A stretch of DNA of 64,000 bases from Eubacterium sp. (GTDB lineage: Bacteria; Bacillota; Clostridia; Lachnospirales; Lachnospiraceae). This document shows positions 48,677 to 56,790 of this stretch, in pieces; positions within the stretch are counted from its first letter, which is position 1, and the number at the start of each line of letters is the position of its first letter. The notes beneath the pieces are model-generated. The model was not told the origin of the DNA, did no database searches, and saw only the letters and a program-made list of their open reading frames with translations. The translations under genes were made by a program, and so were the position numbers. The stretch spans positions 3,198 through 67,197 of the forward strand of contig JAGBNF010000023.1 in NCBI GenBank assembly GCA_017634555.1, in the 5' to 3' direction.

Positions 48677-49390
48677 CTACTGATTCTTGTTTACAATCTT
48701 TGTCTCGTACTTTCCTGTCTCAATATCGATGAAACGTGTGAAAAGTGAAACCTTGTTATCCTCGTTGATTGCCTTCCAAACGATATCTGTGAACTCATCA
48801 AGATCATTTGTAGGGATTGTTACAGGTGTAGGCTCACCCTCGTAGCTTGGAAGCGGATTTCCGTCACCCATATATGTATGGATGAAATGTCCTTCTCCTG
48901 CAAACGGATTATCGTATCCGAATGTGAATCTGAGGCACTGATCAGGATCACCGTTGTTTGACTTAAGGATTGACATCTCATATGTATAGTCGCCCTCGAT
49001 ATGGAGAACACCTGATATTCTCGGTGTATAGTTTGGACCATCCGGCTCAAACTCACGATTTCTGAGTGACTCTTCAAATGTATCACCCTGCTCCATATTT
49101 TCGAAAATTGTATCTGTCTGATCACCGTTAGTTACGATAGTATCTGTACCGCGAACTCTAACAGGTGCATAAATGATAAGGCTTGGATCCTCAAGCTTAG
49201 CAGGATCAAATGCCTCTGTTCTGATTCCTTCGCCTTCTGTTACGAATACTCTGTTTCTGCTGTTCTCTGAACGGCCCATGATAAAGTAAGCAATAGCTGC
49301 CTTCTTTCCGTCCGGAGTCTTACCGATCACGATTCCTCTTCCCGGATAAGTAGTTGCTGAAAGTTCTGCTGCAAGATCAAGTCTTTTCAT
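48677..49390 (-). CDS. IMP cyclohydrolase, PurO-like
   Basis: YPGRGIV.G, YFIMGRSENSRNR, PSLIIY, IVTNGDQTD and EPDGPNYTPRISG; start ATG 49390 after AGGAGG. Confidence 0.87.
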   Translation of the reverse strand: MKRLDLAAELSATTYPGRGIVIGKTPDGKKAAIAYFIMGRSENSRNRVFVTEGEGIRTEAFDPAKLEDPSLIIYAPVRVRGTDTIVTNGDQTDTIFENMEQGDTFEESLRNREFEPDGPNYTPRISGVLHIEGDYTYEMSILKSNNGDPDQCLRFTFGYDNPFAGEGHFIHTYMGDGNPLPSYEGEPTPVTIPTNDLDEFTDIVWKAINEDNKVSLFTRFIDIETGKYETKIVNKNQ

Positions 49391-49418
49391 GTTCATCCTC
49401 CTATAAAACATTAATGAT

Positions 49419-49578
49419 ATTAAGCTGCTAAGGCAGCTTAATGATGCGGTCTCGCCAAAGTCACATATCTGCTTTCAGCAGATATGCAGTAGATAACACA
49501 TATCGCTCGTTTGCATAAATGCACGAGCGTATGTATTATCTACTACATGTGCTGCGCACTTGTGACATTGGCTCAACC
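49419..49578. repeat. Nested palindromic (REP/MITE-like) element in the pur leader
   Basis: Outer stem GCCAAAGTCACA/TGTGACATTGGC enclosing two long hairpins, plus a 10-bp hairpin at 49419-49442. Confidence 0.6.
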
Positions 49579-49584
49579 AAACAC

Positions 49585-49619
49585 AAAGTAAGCCGCCTGG
49601 GCTCTAAACCCAGACGGCC
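49585..49619 (-). terminator. Riboswitch-controlled terminator overlapping the aptamer P3 stem
   Basis: Minus strand GCCGTCTGGGT-TTAG-AGCCCAGGCGGC followed by TTACTTT. Confidence 0.75.
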
Positions 49620-49688
49620 GGTTAATCAATCGATCTGTCATGCTCCCCGTGGTAAACTCCACTTAAATCCGTCAGTCACATGACAATA
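49607..49688 (-). ncRNA. ZMP/ZTP (pfl) riboswitch
   Basis: Minus strand TGTCATGTGACTGACGGA..GTGGAG..CCACGGGGAGCATGACA..linker..CCGGCCGTCTGGG fits the pfl consensus; upstream of the purO-like and purH genes. Confidence 0.92.
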
Positions 49689-49691
49689 TTC

Positions 49692-49720
49692 AGTTTACAT
49701 TTCAACTAACTTAAAGTCAA
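49692..49720 (-). promoter_or_regulatory. Sigma-A promoter for the ZTP riboswitch/pur transcript
   Basis: TTGACT-N17-TAAACT ending just upstream of the aptamer. Confidence 0.7.
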
Positions 49721-49729
49721 GTAGGATTA

Positions 49730-50809
49730 TTACTGATTATTGTTTGGATCGTATGAATCCTGCTGTGCCTGATCATACACCTGATCATATGCCTGCTGTC
49801 CGTACTGCTGTGCCTGATCGTATGTCTGCTGTCCGTACTGCTGTGCCTGATCGTATGCCTGCTGTCCGTACTGCTGTGCCTGATCGTATGCCTGCTGTCC
49901 GTACTGCTGACCTGCATCAGCTGCCTGCTGTCCGTACTGCTGTGCCTGATCATATGTCTGCTGTCCAAACTGCTGTGCCTGATCATATGCCTGCTGTCCA
50001 AACTGCTGTGCCTGATCATATGCCTGCTGTCCAAACTGCTGTGCCTGATCAAATCCCGGCTGTCCTCCGAAATCAGGAGCAGGACCTGTTGGAGCAGGAC
50101 CGTCGAAACCACCGTTTGGTCCTTCAGCCTTCTTATTTCCAAGCTTCTTAATAAGAATGATAGCTACAATTATAAGAGCTATAGCTACAAGACCAATAAT
50201 GATCCACTTTATGATCGCACCAAGTGCTGAGAGACTGAATTCAACATGAATGTTCTGTCCTGCCGGCATTGAAAGAAGATCCCATGTAAGAGTCTTGCCA
50301 CCGTCTGATGTGCTTGTAGCATTATGATTCTTTGGCTTGTTCGGAAGCTTGATAACGATCTGCATGTATCCGCCGTACTGCTCGAAGTACTGCTTATACT
50401 GCTCCATCTCGTTTGTATCCTCGTCGCCGAGAACCTTCCAGTCGATAACATAATTCTTGCCGTCCTTAGTAACACTAAGTCCGTCCTCTTCCATTTCAGT
50501 TACATCGCCTGTGCCCTGCATAGCCTCTGCAACCTTATCGAGCTCAACGCCCTTCTTTGTACACTTGAAGCCTAAGTAGTTATCCTCATTATATAACTCA
50601 CATTCCCAACCCTGTTCTCTGAGTTCGTCCATCTGAGGATCCATTTCGGAAGTATCTACTTCCTCATCTTCCATGTTCATTACAGCGTAAAGCATGGAAA
50701 TGTCAGCCTTACCGTCACTCTTGATGTCCATAGTGGTATCAAATCTCATACAGCCTGAAAGACCGATGATAAAGATCACACAAAGGACAGTTAACAATAC
50801 TCTCTTCAT
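49730..50809 (-). CDS. LppM-like lipoprotein with a C-terminal TM helix and a Q/Y-rich repeat tail
   Basis: Lipobox LSGC, motifs MDIKSDG and IKLP...HNA....GKTLTWDL, TM helix, then repeats; ATG 50809 after AGGAGG. Confidence 0.8.
   Translation of the reverse strand: MKRVLLTVLCVIFIIGLSGCMRFDTTMDIKSDGKADISMLYAVMNMEDEEVDTSEMDPQMDELREQGWECELYNEDNYLGFKCTKKGVELDKVAEAMQGTGDVTEMEEDGLSVTKDGKNYVIDWKVLGDEDTNEMEQYKQYFEQYGGYMQIVIKLPNKPKNHNATSTSDGGKTLTWDLLSMPAGQNIHVEFSLSALGAIIKWIIIGLVAIALIIVAIILIKKLGNKKAEGPNGGFDGPAPTGPAPDFGGQPGFDQAQQFGQQAYDQAQQFGQQAYDQAQQFGQQTYDQAQQYGQQAADAGQQYGQQAYDQAQQYGQQAYDQAQQYGQQTYDQAQQYGQQAYDQVYDQAQQDSYDPNNNQ
49760..50052 (-). repeat. About 8 copies of a 33-bp (11-aa) repeat YDQAQQ(Y/F)GQQ(A/T)
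   Basis: Near-identical TGCTGTGCCTGATC(A/G)TATG(C/T)CTGCTGTCC units. Confidence 0.92.
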
Positions 50810-50926
50810 TTTTACCTCCTGCAATCATATAAATTAACAAAACCATGATTATAATACTATATATACGATAATCACACAATCATATTTTCGGATGATAAAT
50901 TATTCCCAAACACAATATGATGTGGT

Positions 50927-51910
50927 TTAGAGTTTCATCTCACGGATCAGGTCAGCCTTCACTTTCTCTGTGGTAAATGCAGCCCCGACCGCATTTCTTA
51001 GAACTGTCTTTCTATGTTCATCCGTAAATCCGAAGTACTTTTCCAGATAATCGAACTCATCCGCAAGCGTTATATTCTCAATTCCCATATCGTCTGTATT
51101 AACCGTCACTACTATACCTTTATCCAGATAATCCATAAGTGGATAATCCTTCATATTCTGAACCGCCTTTGTCATACGGTTGCTGGTCGGGCACATTTCA
51201 AGAGGAATCTTCTTTTCACGTACCAGTTCCACGACCTCAGGATCCTCATTAATCCTTACGCCGTGACCTATTCTTGCCGCGCCGTACTCTATTGCGAGCT
51301 TCACGCTGTCGGCCCCTGCCGCTTCTCCCGCATGGATAGTGAACGGAACACCGGCTGATGCTGCCTCCCTGAACAGCTCCTCATAATCCGATGTAGGGTA
51401 AAGTGCCTCCGCGCCGGCGAGGTCAATCGCCACAACTCCGCCGTCTTTTACGAGATACTTCTTCGCAAGTTCGAGTGTTTCCTTATTCCCTTCCGCAGAA
51501 TCGTCTCCTCTCATGCAGCAGAGGATAAGATTACATTTCAGATCCGTCTTCTTCATTCCGTCAAGTGCCGCAAGAACGACCTTCTCCTGCGTCAGTCCCT
51601 TTCTCATATGAAGCTGCGGTGCAAAACGTATCTCTGCATAGATAACGCCCTGCGCCTGCACATTATCAGCAACAAGTCTCACTGCTTCGCTGATTCCCTT
51701 CTCAGTCTGCATAAGCGCAAGCGGCAGTCCGAAGCAATTCAGAAAATCATTCAGGCTCTCACATTCCTCCGGAACATACAGGTGCCTGCCCAGCTCCTCA
51801 TCATCCTGTGACGGAAGTGTAATCCCCTGAAGCTCTCCAAGATTCTTTGCTATTTCTACCGTTATCGATCCATCCAAATGCATATGCAGATCAATATATT
51901 TTTCTGCCAT
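50927..51910 (-). CDS. add: Adenosine deaminase
   Basis: DLHMHLDGS, YAEIRFAP, DLAGAE, TIHAGE, RIGHG, EMCPTSN and NTDD. Confidence 0.93.
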   Translation of the reverse strand: MAEKYIDLHMHLDGSITVEIAKNLGELQGITLPSQDDEELGRHLYVPEECESLNDFLNCFGLPLALMQTEKGISEAVRLVADNVQAQGVIYAEIRFAPQLHMRKGLTQEKVVLAALDGMKKTDLKCNLILCCMRGDDSAEGNKETLELAKKYLVKDGGVVAIDLAGAEALYPTSDYEELFREAASAGVPFTIHAGEAAGADSVKLAIEYGAARIGHGVRINEDPEVVELVREKKIPLEMCPTSNRMTKAVQNMKDYPLMDYLDKGIVVTVNTDDMGIENITLADEFDYLEKYFGFTDEHRKTVLRNAVGAAFTTEKVKADLIREMKL

Positions 51911-51932
51911 ATCTTCCACCAATCATCTACCG

Positions 51933-52004
51933 TAGCCGGTTCGTCATTGTGTACTGACGAACCGGCCATGATTATGAATCATTTTCATTTATTGCTAACA
52001 CTGT
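51933..52004. repeat. 72-bp direct repeat, left copy (att-like), containing a 12-bp-stem hairpin
   Basis: TAGCCGGTTCGTCATTGTGTACTGACGAACCGGCCATGATTATGAATCATTTTCATTTATTGCTAACACTGT, identical to 59029-59100. Confidence 0.95.
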
Positions 52005-52703
52005 AATAGTATAAAAAAATGCCAGATGAATCAACAACGCAATAATCTCATACGGAATTACTTTTCTCATCAAAGTTTTATTCAATCCACCGAACGATGA
52101 AATAATGCTCATCTGGTATTTATAAGTCAGATTGTAAATGTAAAAATCACCTAAATGAAATTTTATTCTCGGGGCAATATAAAGCCAGAGAATAAACAGC
52201 GCTCCGACATATATAAAGAAGTTCCTGATCACATACATGAGAAAGACCGCATCCATACAAAGTCTCAGATATACCAGAAACAAAGATACAAGTCTAAGTG
52301 TTGAATTCAGATAGAGTCTCTCGCCGTATAATGCATGATATATCACAAGTATGGTTCCTGCCCATAAGGTAAAGATAAAGATCACAACACATGCTATGCT
52401 TACCAGTTTTGAGAATAACATTGAGGCCTTATTATGCCCCATAAACATTTCAACTTCATATATTCTTCCTTCAAAATAGTCATACATCAGAACATATATC
52501 AGCAGTACTGCTACAACAATCGCCGGTATCATATGCCATTCAAAGGCGTATCTGTATATTTCTCCCCTATAATCGCACCCATCCCGATATATAACCTTAA
52601 AAAAAGATGTAAGAAATGCGAGCCCTGGCAGGAATATAAGCATGATCACATTAAGCGGTCTGCATAATATTCTGTATAAATTTGATCTTATAAGTTTATT
52701 CAT
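51972..52703 (-). CDS. ABC-2-type permease-like membrane protein (immunity/export)
   Basis: MNKLIRSNLYR start typical of these permeases, about 6 TM helices, overlaps the ATPase gene. Confidence 0.7.
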   Translation of the reverse strand: MNKLIRSNLYRILCRPLNVIMLIFLPGLAFLTSFFKVIYRDGCDYRGEIYRYAFEWHMIPAIVVAVLLIYVLMYDYFEGRIYEVEMFMGHNKASMLFSKLVSIACVVIFIFTLWAGTILVIYHALYGERLYLNSTLRLVSLFLVYLRLCMDAVFLMYVIRNFFIYVGALFILWLYIAPRIKFHLGDFYIYNLTYKYQMSIISSFGGLNKTLMRKVIPYEIIALLIHLAFFYTITVLAINENDS

Positions 52704-53427
52704 AGGCTCTTATTGTTTTTATGTAATACTCCTCGAAGTCGGCTATCTTCTTCGTTTCCATATCCTTCTCAATTTCAGTTTTAGGTTCATCAAGAAATAC
52801 TTCACCATTCTTGATAAAAACATAATCCGTAACGAGCTTATCGAGTTCTCCGAGTATATGAGATGAAACCATTATGGTTACTCCACGTTTTTTGTTTATT
52901 TCAAGCAGTACATTTCTTATCTCAACAATCCCTTCGGGATCAAGACCATTCATCGGTTCATCGAGTATCAATACATCAGGACCGTTAATCACTGCCATCG
53001 CTATACCAAGTCTCTGCTTCATTCCCATCGAGAACTTCCTTACTTTCTTCTTACCTGTATCGGCCAATCCAACCATTTGAAGAATCTCATTAATCCTGTC
53101 ATCATCCCTTTTCCCTGCAAGTATTTGCATGAATTTCAGATTCTGATAAGCTGTCATACTCTGATCGACATAAGGCATTTCTATAAGCGTTCCAAAGCTT
53201 ATATCCTTCTCTTTCGGATTTTTCATGCCATCAATGTATATCGTACCCTCTGACGGCGTTATGAGGTTTAGAATAATCTTAAAGAGCGTGGTTTTTCCAG
53301 CGCCGTTAGGACCCACTATCCCGTATATCTTTCCCTTATCAATCTCCAGATTACAATCACTGAGAGCTATATGATTCTTATATTTTTTTGAAACATTTTC
53401 CAATTTGATAATCTTCTGCTCTGCCAA
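52696..53427 (-). CDS. ABC ATP-binding protein (BcrA/LanF-like)
   Basis: GPNGAGKTT, FSMGMKQRLG, LDEPMNGLDP and SSHIL. Confidence 0.92.
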   Translation of the reverse strand: MAEQKIIKLENVSKKYKNHIALSDCNLEIDKGKIYGIVGPNGAGKTTLFKIILNLITPSEGTIYIDGMKNPKEKDISFGTLIEMPYVDQSMTAYQNLKFMQILAGKRDDDRINEILQMVGLADTGKKKVRKFSMGMKQRLGIAMAVINGPDVLILDEPMNGLDPEGIVEIRNVLLEINKKRGVTIMVSSHILGELDKLVTDYVFIKNGEVFLDEPKTEIEKDMETKKIADFEEYYIKTIRAYE

Positions 53428-53468
53428 ATGTATCGTACCTCCATACCTTTAATCTAAGTCGATTCATC

Positions 53469-55616
53469 CTATCTCTGTTCCTTCAGGTATGTATTAACCC
53501 TATTCTCCATAAGTTCAACTGTCGTATCGAGGTCATGCTCATCATTAAAATATGCAGCAGCCTCATCGTATAAGATTTCTTCAAGATAAAAATTCAAATC
53601 AATATATTTATCTGTATGTTCTATAAGATTGTCATAATACTTAATATACTCAGTATCGACTATTTCTTCTAGTGCCTTAATTTCGTTTCCATAAGCATCT
53701 GTAAAGTCTTCCTTTGCTGTAAGACGCACCTTCAAAGCTTCATATGAATCCTTCCTTGTAGGTATCACATCTCCATCCTCTGCAGCTATTTGTGCCTGAT
53801 GCTCCTCCGTAAGAAAAATTCTGATAAATTCCCACGCTATATCCTTATTCTTTGAATTTGCATTCATACAGATCTCTTTAGTCGGTCTGAAGAAGCATCC
53901 TGCGCCCGGATACCCGCAAAAGCATATATCATCACCAAAGATTTTCTCAATGCGTTTCATGCTTCCCAAAGTAGGACTAGTCAAAAATAGAGCCTCTCCA
54001 TTCTTGTAAGCATTTATAAAATCGCTTTCCGTCAATTCAGACATATCAAATTCCATTGTGTCTATGCCTTCGTCATAACATAATTTCATAAGATTTTTGA
54101 TTTCAGGAATTTCGAAATCACATTTTGCTTTATCATAATCTATGCAATACCTTAAAGACAATTCTGAGAAAGCAACAAACATATCCATTCTTGGAAGATT
54201 CGGATATGTAAGAGCCACATTTTCACCCGCATTACCTATATATCCTGCAAATTCATCATAACTACAATTATAATCCGATAGATATTCATTTTTTCTTGTC
54301 ACTAACGTCTCAATGGTGAATGAATCCGTAACCATATAGGTCGCTCCATTATAATCTATGGCATTTACATATGAATCTATAAGGTCGCTTTTTTTTATTT
54401 CTTCATCATTCTCAATATATGTGTTTAAATTTTCACACATTCCCTTAATTCTCAGGTTATCTAACGATTGATACCCTCCCAGACAAAATACATCAGGCCC
54501 CCTCCCATCTGTCAATTCAAGGTTAAATCTTGCAGCGCCGTTCTTATCAATCCCGTAGTCAACTATTTCAACAAAATACTTATCACTATTTTTATTAAAA
54601 TCAACAACAGTCTGTGACAATTGCGAACTATCTCCAAAACATCCTAATGTAATAATTGTCTTCTTTTCAAAAACGTTTTCATTCGCGCGAGAATATTTTC
54701 TTATAATACATTTTCCCTTTTCGGATACTACCAACGCAAATTCCTGCTCTCCCGTATTTATTAGATTGTTTGATTCCATTTGAGTCACATATGAGCAGTT
54801 ATAATCAAATTCCTTCTGTAATTTTCCTGATTTTACGATATACAGACCATCATCCATTCTGATACATGCATCATATTTATTCGTATCAAGCATTACTTTA
54901 CCGTCCGCAGGCTCTTTGCTCAATTTCATTTCCTTTTTTATTTTCATCTGATTTATATCTATACTACACAGCCAATAATCAGCCGCTCCTATGTAACTAT
55001 CATCACCTTTCTGTATAATTGCTCGTATTATTTCTGAATTTCCTACAGCTATACTTATAATTCTATCTTCACCATCAATTCTACCAAGAAATCGCAGATT
55101 TTTGTCATATACTTGTATATCTGTGGAGTTTGAAAAGTAAATCCTGCCCTCATCATCCGCTATAAGTCTATTAAAACCATACTCATCTACACCTTCGAGC
55201 AATACCCGTTCGGACTCCGATCCGTCTTCCTCTATAACGACAATATAATAAATATCACCCTCATCTTCAGTTATTGCTATAATCTTATCTTTTACTATCA
55301 GAGTTCTTATCCTTTCCTTGTCACCAAGCTTCAGTGAGATCGTTCTGTTTTCATTACTTGCCGAATCATATATATTCAGATAGGTTTTGTCTTCCTGTGC
55401 AGTCACTATGTAATAATTCTTATCAAAATAAGAACATATAACCTTACCTTCGACAGACGGAATATCAATATCCTGATACACATATGCATACTCGTGATTA
55501 TCCATAGCAGTCGCTAATTCATTGTCCTTTGTGCAAGCCGTAAATGCTGTAATCATCAATAGCATACAGAACAACAGTCTACTAATTATGCAATATTTTC
55601 TTATATTTCTAATCAT
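53469..55616 (-). CDS. Large lipoprotein with a beta-rich N-terminal region and a C-terminal family-1 solute-binding domain
   Basis: Lipobox FTAC; VDFNKNSDKYFVEIVDY, GRGPDV and NSKNKDIAWEFIR. Confidence 0.8.
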   Translation of the reverse strand: MIRNIRKYCIISRLLFCMLLMITAFTACTKDNELATAMDNHEYAYVYQDIDIPSVEGKVICSYFDKNYYIVTAQEDKTYLNIYDSASNENRTISLKLGDKERIRTLIVKDKIIAITEDEGDIYYIVVIEEDGSESERVLLEGVDEYGFNRLIADDEGRIYFSNSTDIQVYDKNLRFLGRIDGEDRIISIAVGNSEIIRAIIQKGDDSYIGAADYWLCSIDINQMKIKKEMKLSKEPADGKVMLDTNKYDACIRMDDGLYIVKSGKLQKEFDYNCSYVTQMESNNLINTGEQEFALVVSEKGKCIIRKYSRANENVFEKKTIITLGCFGDSSQLSQTVVDFNKNSDKYFVEIVDYGIDKNGAARFNLELTDGRGPDVFCLGGYQSLDNLRIKGMCENLNTYIENDEEIKKSDLIDSYVNAIDYNGATYMVTDSFTIETLVTRKNEYLSDYNCSYDEFAGYIGNAGENVALTYPNLPRMDMFVAFSELSLRYCIDYDKAKCDFEIPEIKNLMKLCYDEGIDTMEFDMSELTESDFINAYKNGEALFLTSPTLGSMKRIEKIFGDDICFCGYPGAGCFFRPTKEICMNANSKNKDIAWEFIRIFLTEEHQAQIAAEDGDVIPTRKDSYEALKVRLTAKEDFTDAYGNEIKALEEIVDTEYIKYYDNLIEHTDKYIDLNFYLEEILYDEAAAYFNDEHDLDTTVELMENRVNTYLKEQR

Positions 55617-55619
55617 CGT

Positions 55620-56402
55620 TCAGTCCTTTTTTGTTTTAATCAATATATATATTATCGCCAGTTTTAACAATGCACATATCAAAGGCTCCGCATATAATTC
55701 AAAATTATTTAAGGCATATTCCTGGTCACCATATTTTATCGCAAGTTCTGGTATGCTCAACATACTGAACACAGAAGAAAAACTCGTAAAAAACTTTTCT
55801 AATGTTTCGTTAGCGTTGCCTTCAATAAGAATCATAGATATAAACATAAATACCAGTTCAAACACACAAGCTGCAACGATACCTTTCTTTTCGCTTTTAA
55901 ACAAATAGGATAACATAACCATTTCCACTGAAATAGCTATAAAATGAAAGAGTCCTTCAATATGCAGCAGTACAAGATACTTCATAGGCTGTGCCGAAGC
56001 GTGATTAAATAAAGCCACTCCTTCTCCCTGTATTCCGTTAACAAATGTCAAGATAAAAAACATAATGATAACTGGCAACATAAGGATTAACGGTACGGAT
56101 GTAGCCGCAATGCTTAATCCTAAAAACGGTTTCCTTTTGTCTCTATATTGATTAAACTGATTTACAATCATCCCATTTTTGAAAAAATTATTCATCGCTA
56201 TACCAATTAGAAGAACATTTGCCGCAGCATAATAAAAGGCTTTAAACCCATTAACATATATAGCCGACGGTGTAGATTCAAACGATGTATAATCATTGAT
56301 CATTCCCTGAAAAGCCAAAAATATCGATAACACTATTGAAAAGCAAAAAAACAACTTATTGTGAAAAAAATAATAGAGATCACTTTTAATTATATTTTTC
56401 AT
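55620..56402 (-). CDS. ABC-2-type permease-like membrane protein
   Basis: MKNIIKSDLY start, about 6 TM helices, ends in KKD. Confidence 0.7.
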   Translation of the reverse strand: MKNIIKSDLYYFFHNKLFFCFSIVLSIFLAFQGMINDYTSFESTPSAIYVNGFKAFYYAAANVLLIGIAMNNFFKNGMIVNQFNQYRDKRKPFLGLSIAATSVPLILMLPVIIMFFILTFVNGIQGEGVALFNHASAQPMKYLVLLHIEGLFHFIAISVEMVMLSYLFKSEKKGIVAACVFELVFMFISMILIEGNANETLEKFFTSFSSVFSMLSIPELAIKYGDQEYALNNFELYAEPLICALLKLAIIYILIKTKKD

Positions 56403-56437
56403 ATTTCAGTCTAACCCTTTTTGATTATAAGATATCA

Positions 56438-56462
56438 CTTCCCCTCGTACGCAGGGGGAGAA
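56438..56462 (-). terminator. Hairpin downstream of the peptide gene
   Basis: CTTCCCCT-CGTACGC-AGGGGGAG; poor U-tract, so possibly an mRNA-stabilising stem. Confidence 0.4.
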
Positions 56463-56508
56463 ATCCTTATTACTATATCTATAATAAACTTTTATTTTGA
56501 ATTAATAG

Positions 56509-56685
56509 TTAAAAATTATATTCGCAACTGTGGCTACTACCATTTACTAATTTATGTACTCCTGCCCAAGCTTTTACAACAGTTTTTGACACGGATGAAT
56601 AACTAGATTTACAATATGAAAGTGTACAAGTAGCTGTCCATCCTCCTTTAAGTTCCTTAGTTTCTCTTTCAGATAATTTTTGCAT
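56509..56685 (-). CDS. 58-aa double-glycine leader peptide (bacteriocin/signal-peptide precursor), absent from the ORF track
   Basis: RBS GGGAGG, then MQKLSERETKELKGG / WTATCTLSYCKSSYSSVSKTVVKAWAGVHKLVNGSSHSCEYNF*; leader fits LSxxExxxLxGG; adjacent to the C39 exporter. Confidence 0.88.
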   Translation of the reverse strand: MQKLSERETKELKGGWTATCTLSYCKSSYSSVSKTVVKAWAGVHKLVNGSSHSCEYNF

Positions 56686-56790
56686 TATATTGACCTCCCT
56701 ACTATTTTATACTTATATATATTAATTTGCATCAGTATAATAATATAATCTACAAATGTCGTACGCCCTAATGCAGATATATTTTTCATT

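Noticed and set aside
49760-50052. 33-bp periodic repeats as a possible CRISPR array
   Set aside because: Units are contiguous with no unique spacers, keep frame within a CDS, and no cas genes are present
51965-51992. Fur-box-like sequence within the 72-bp repeat
   Set aside because: Only one half-site matches well in AT-rich DNA; insufficient support
51911-52004. Purine riboswitch upstream of add
   Set aside because: The conserved purine-aptamer core (ATATGG...GTTTCTACC...CCGTAAA) is absent; the structure is the repeat hairpin
56421-56606. 61-aa plus-strand ORF from the track
   Set aside because: Antisense to the better-supported double-glycine peptide, with no RBS or motif
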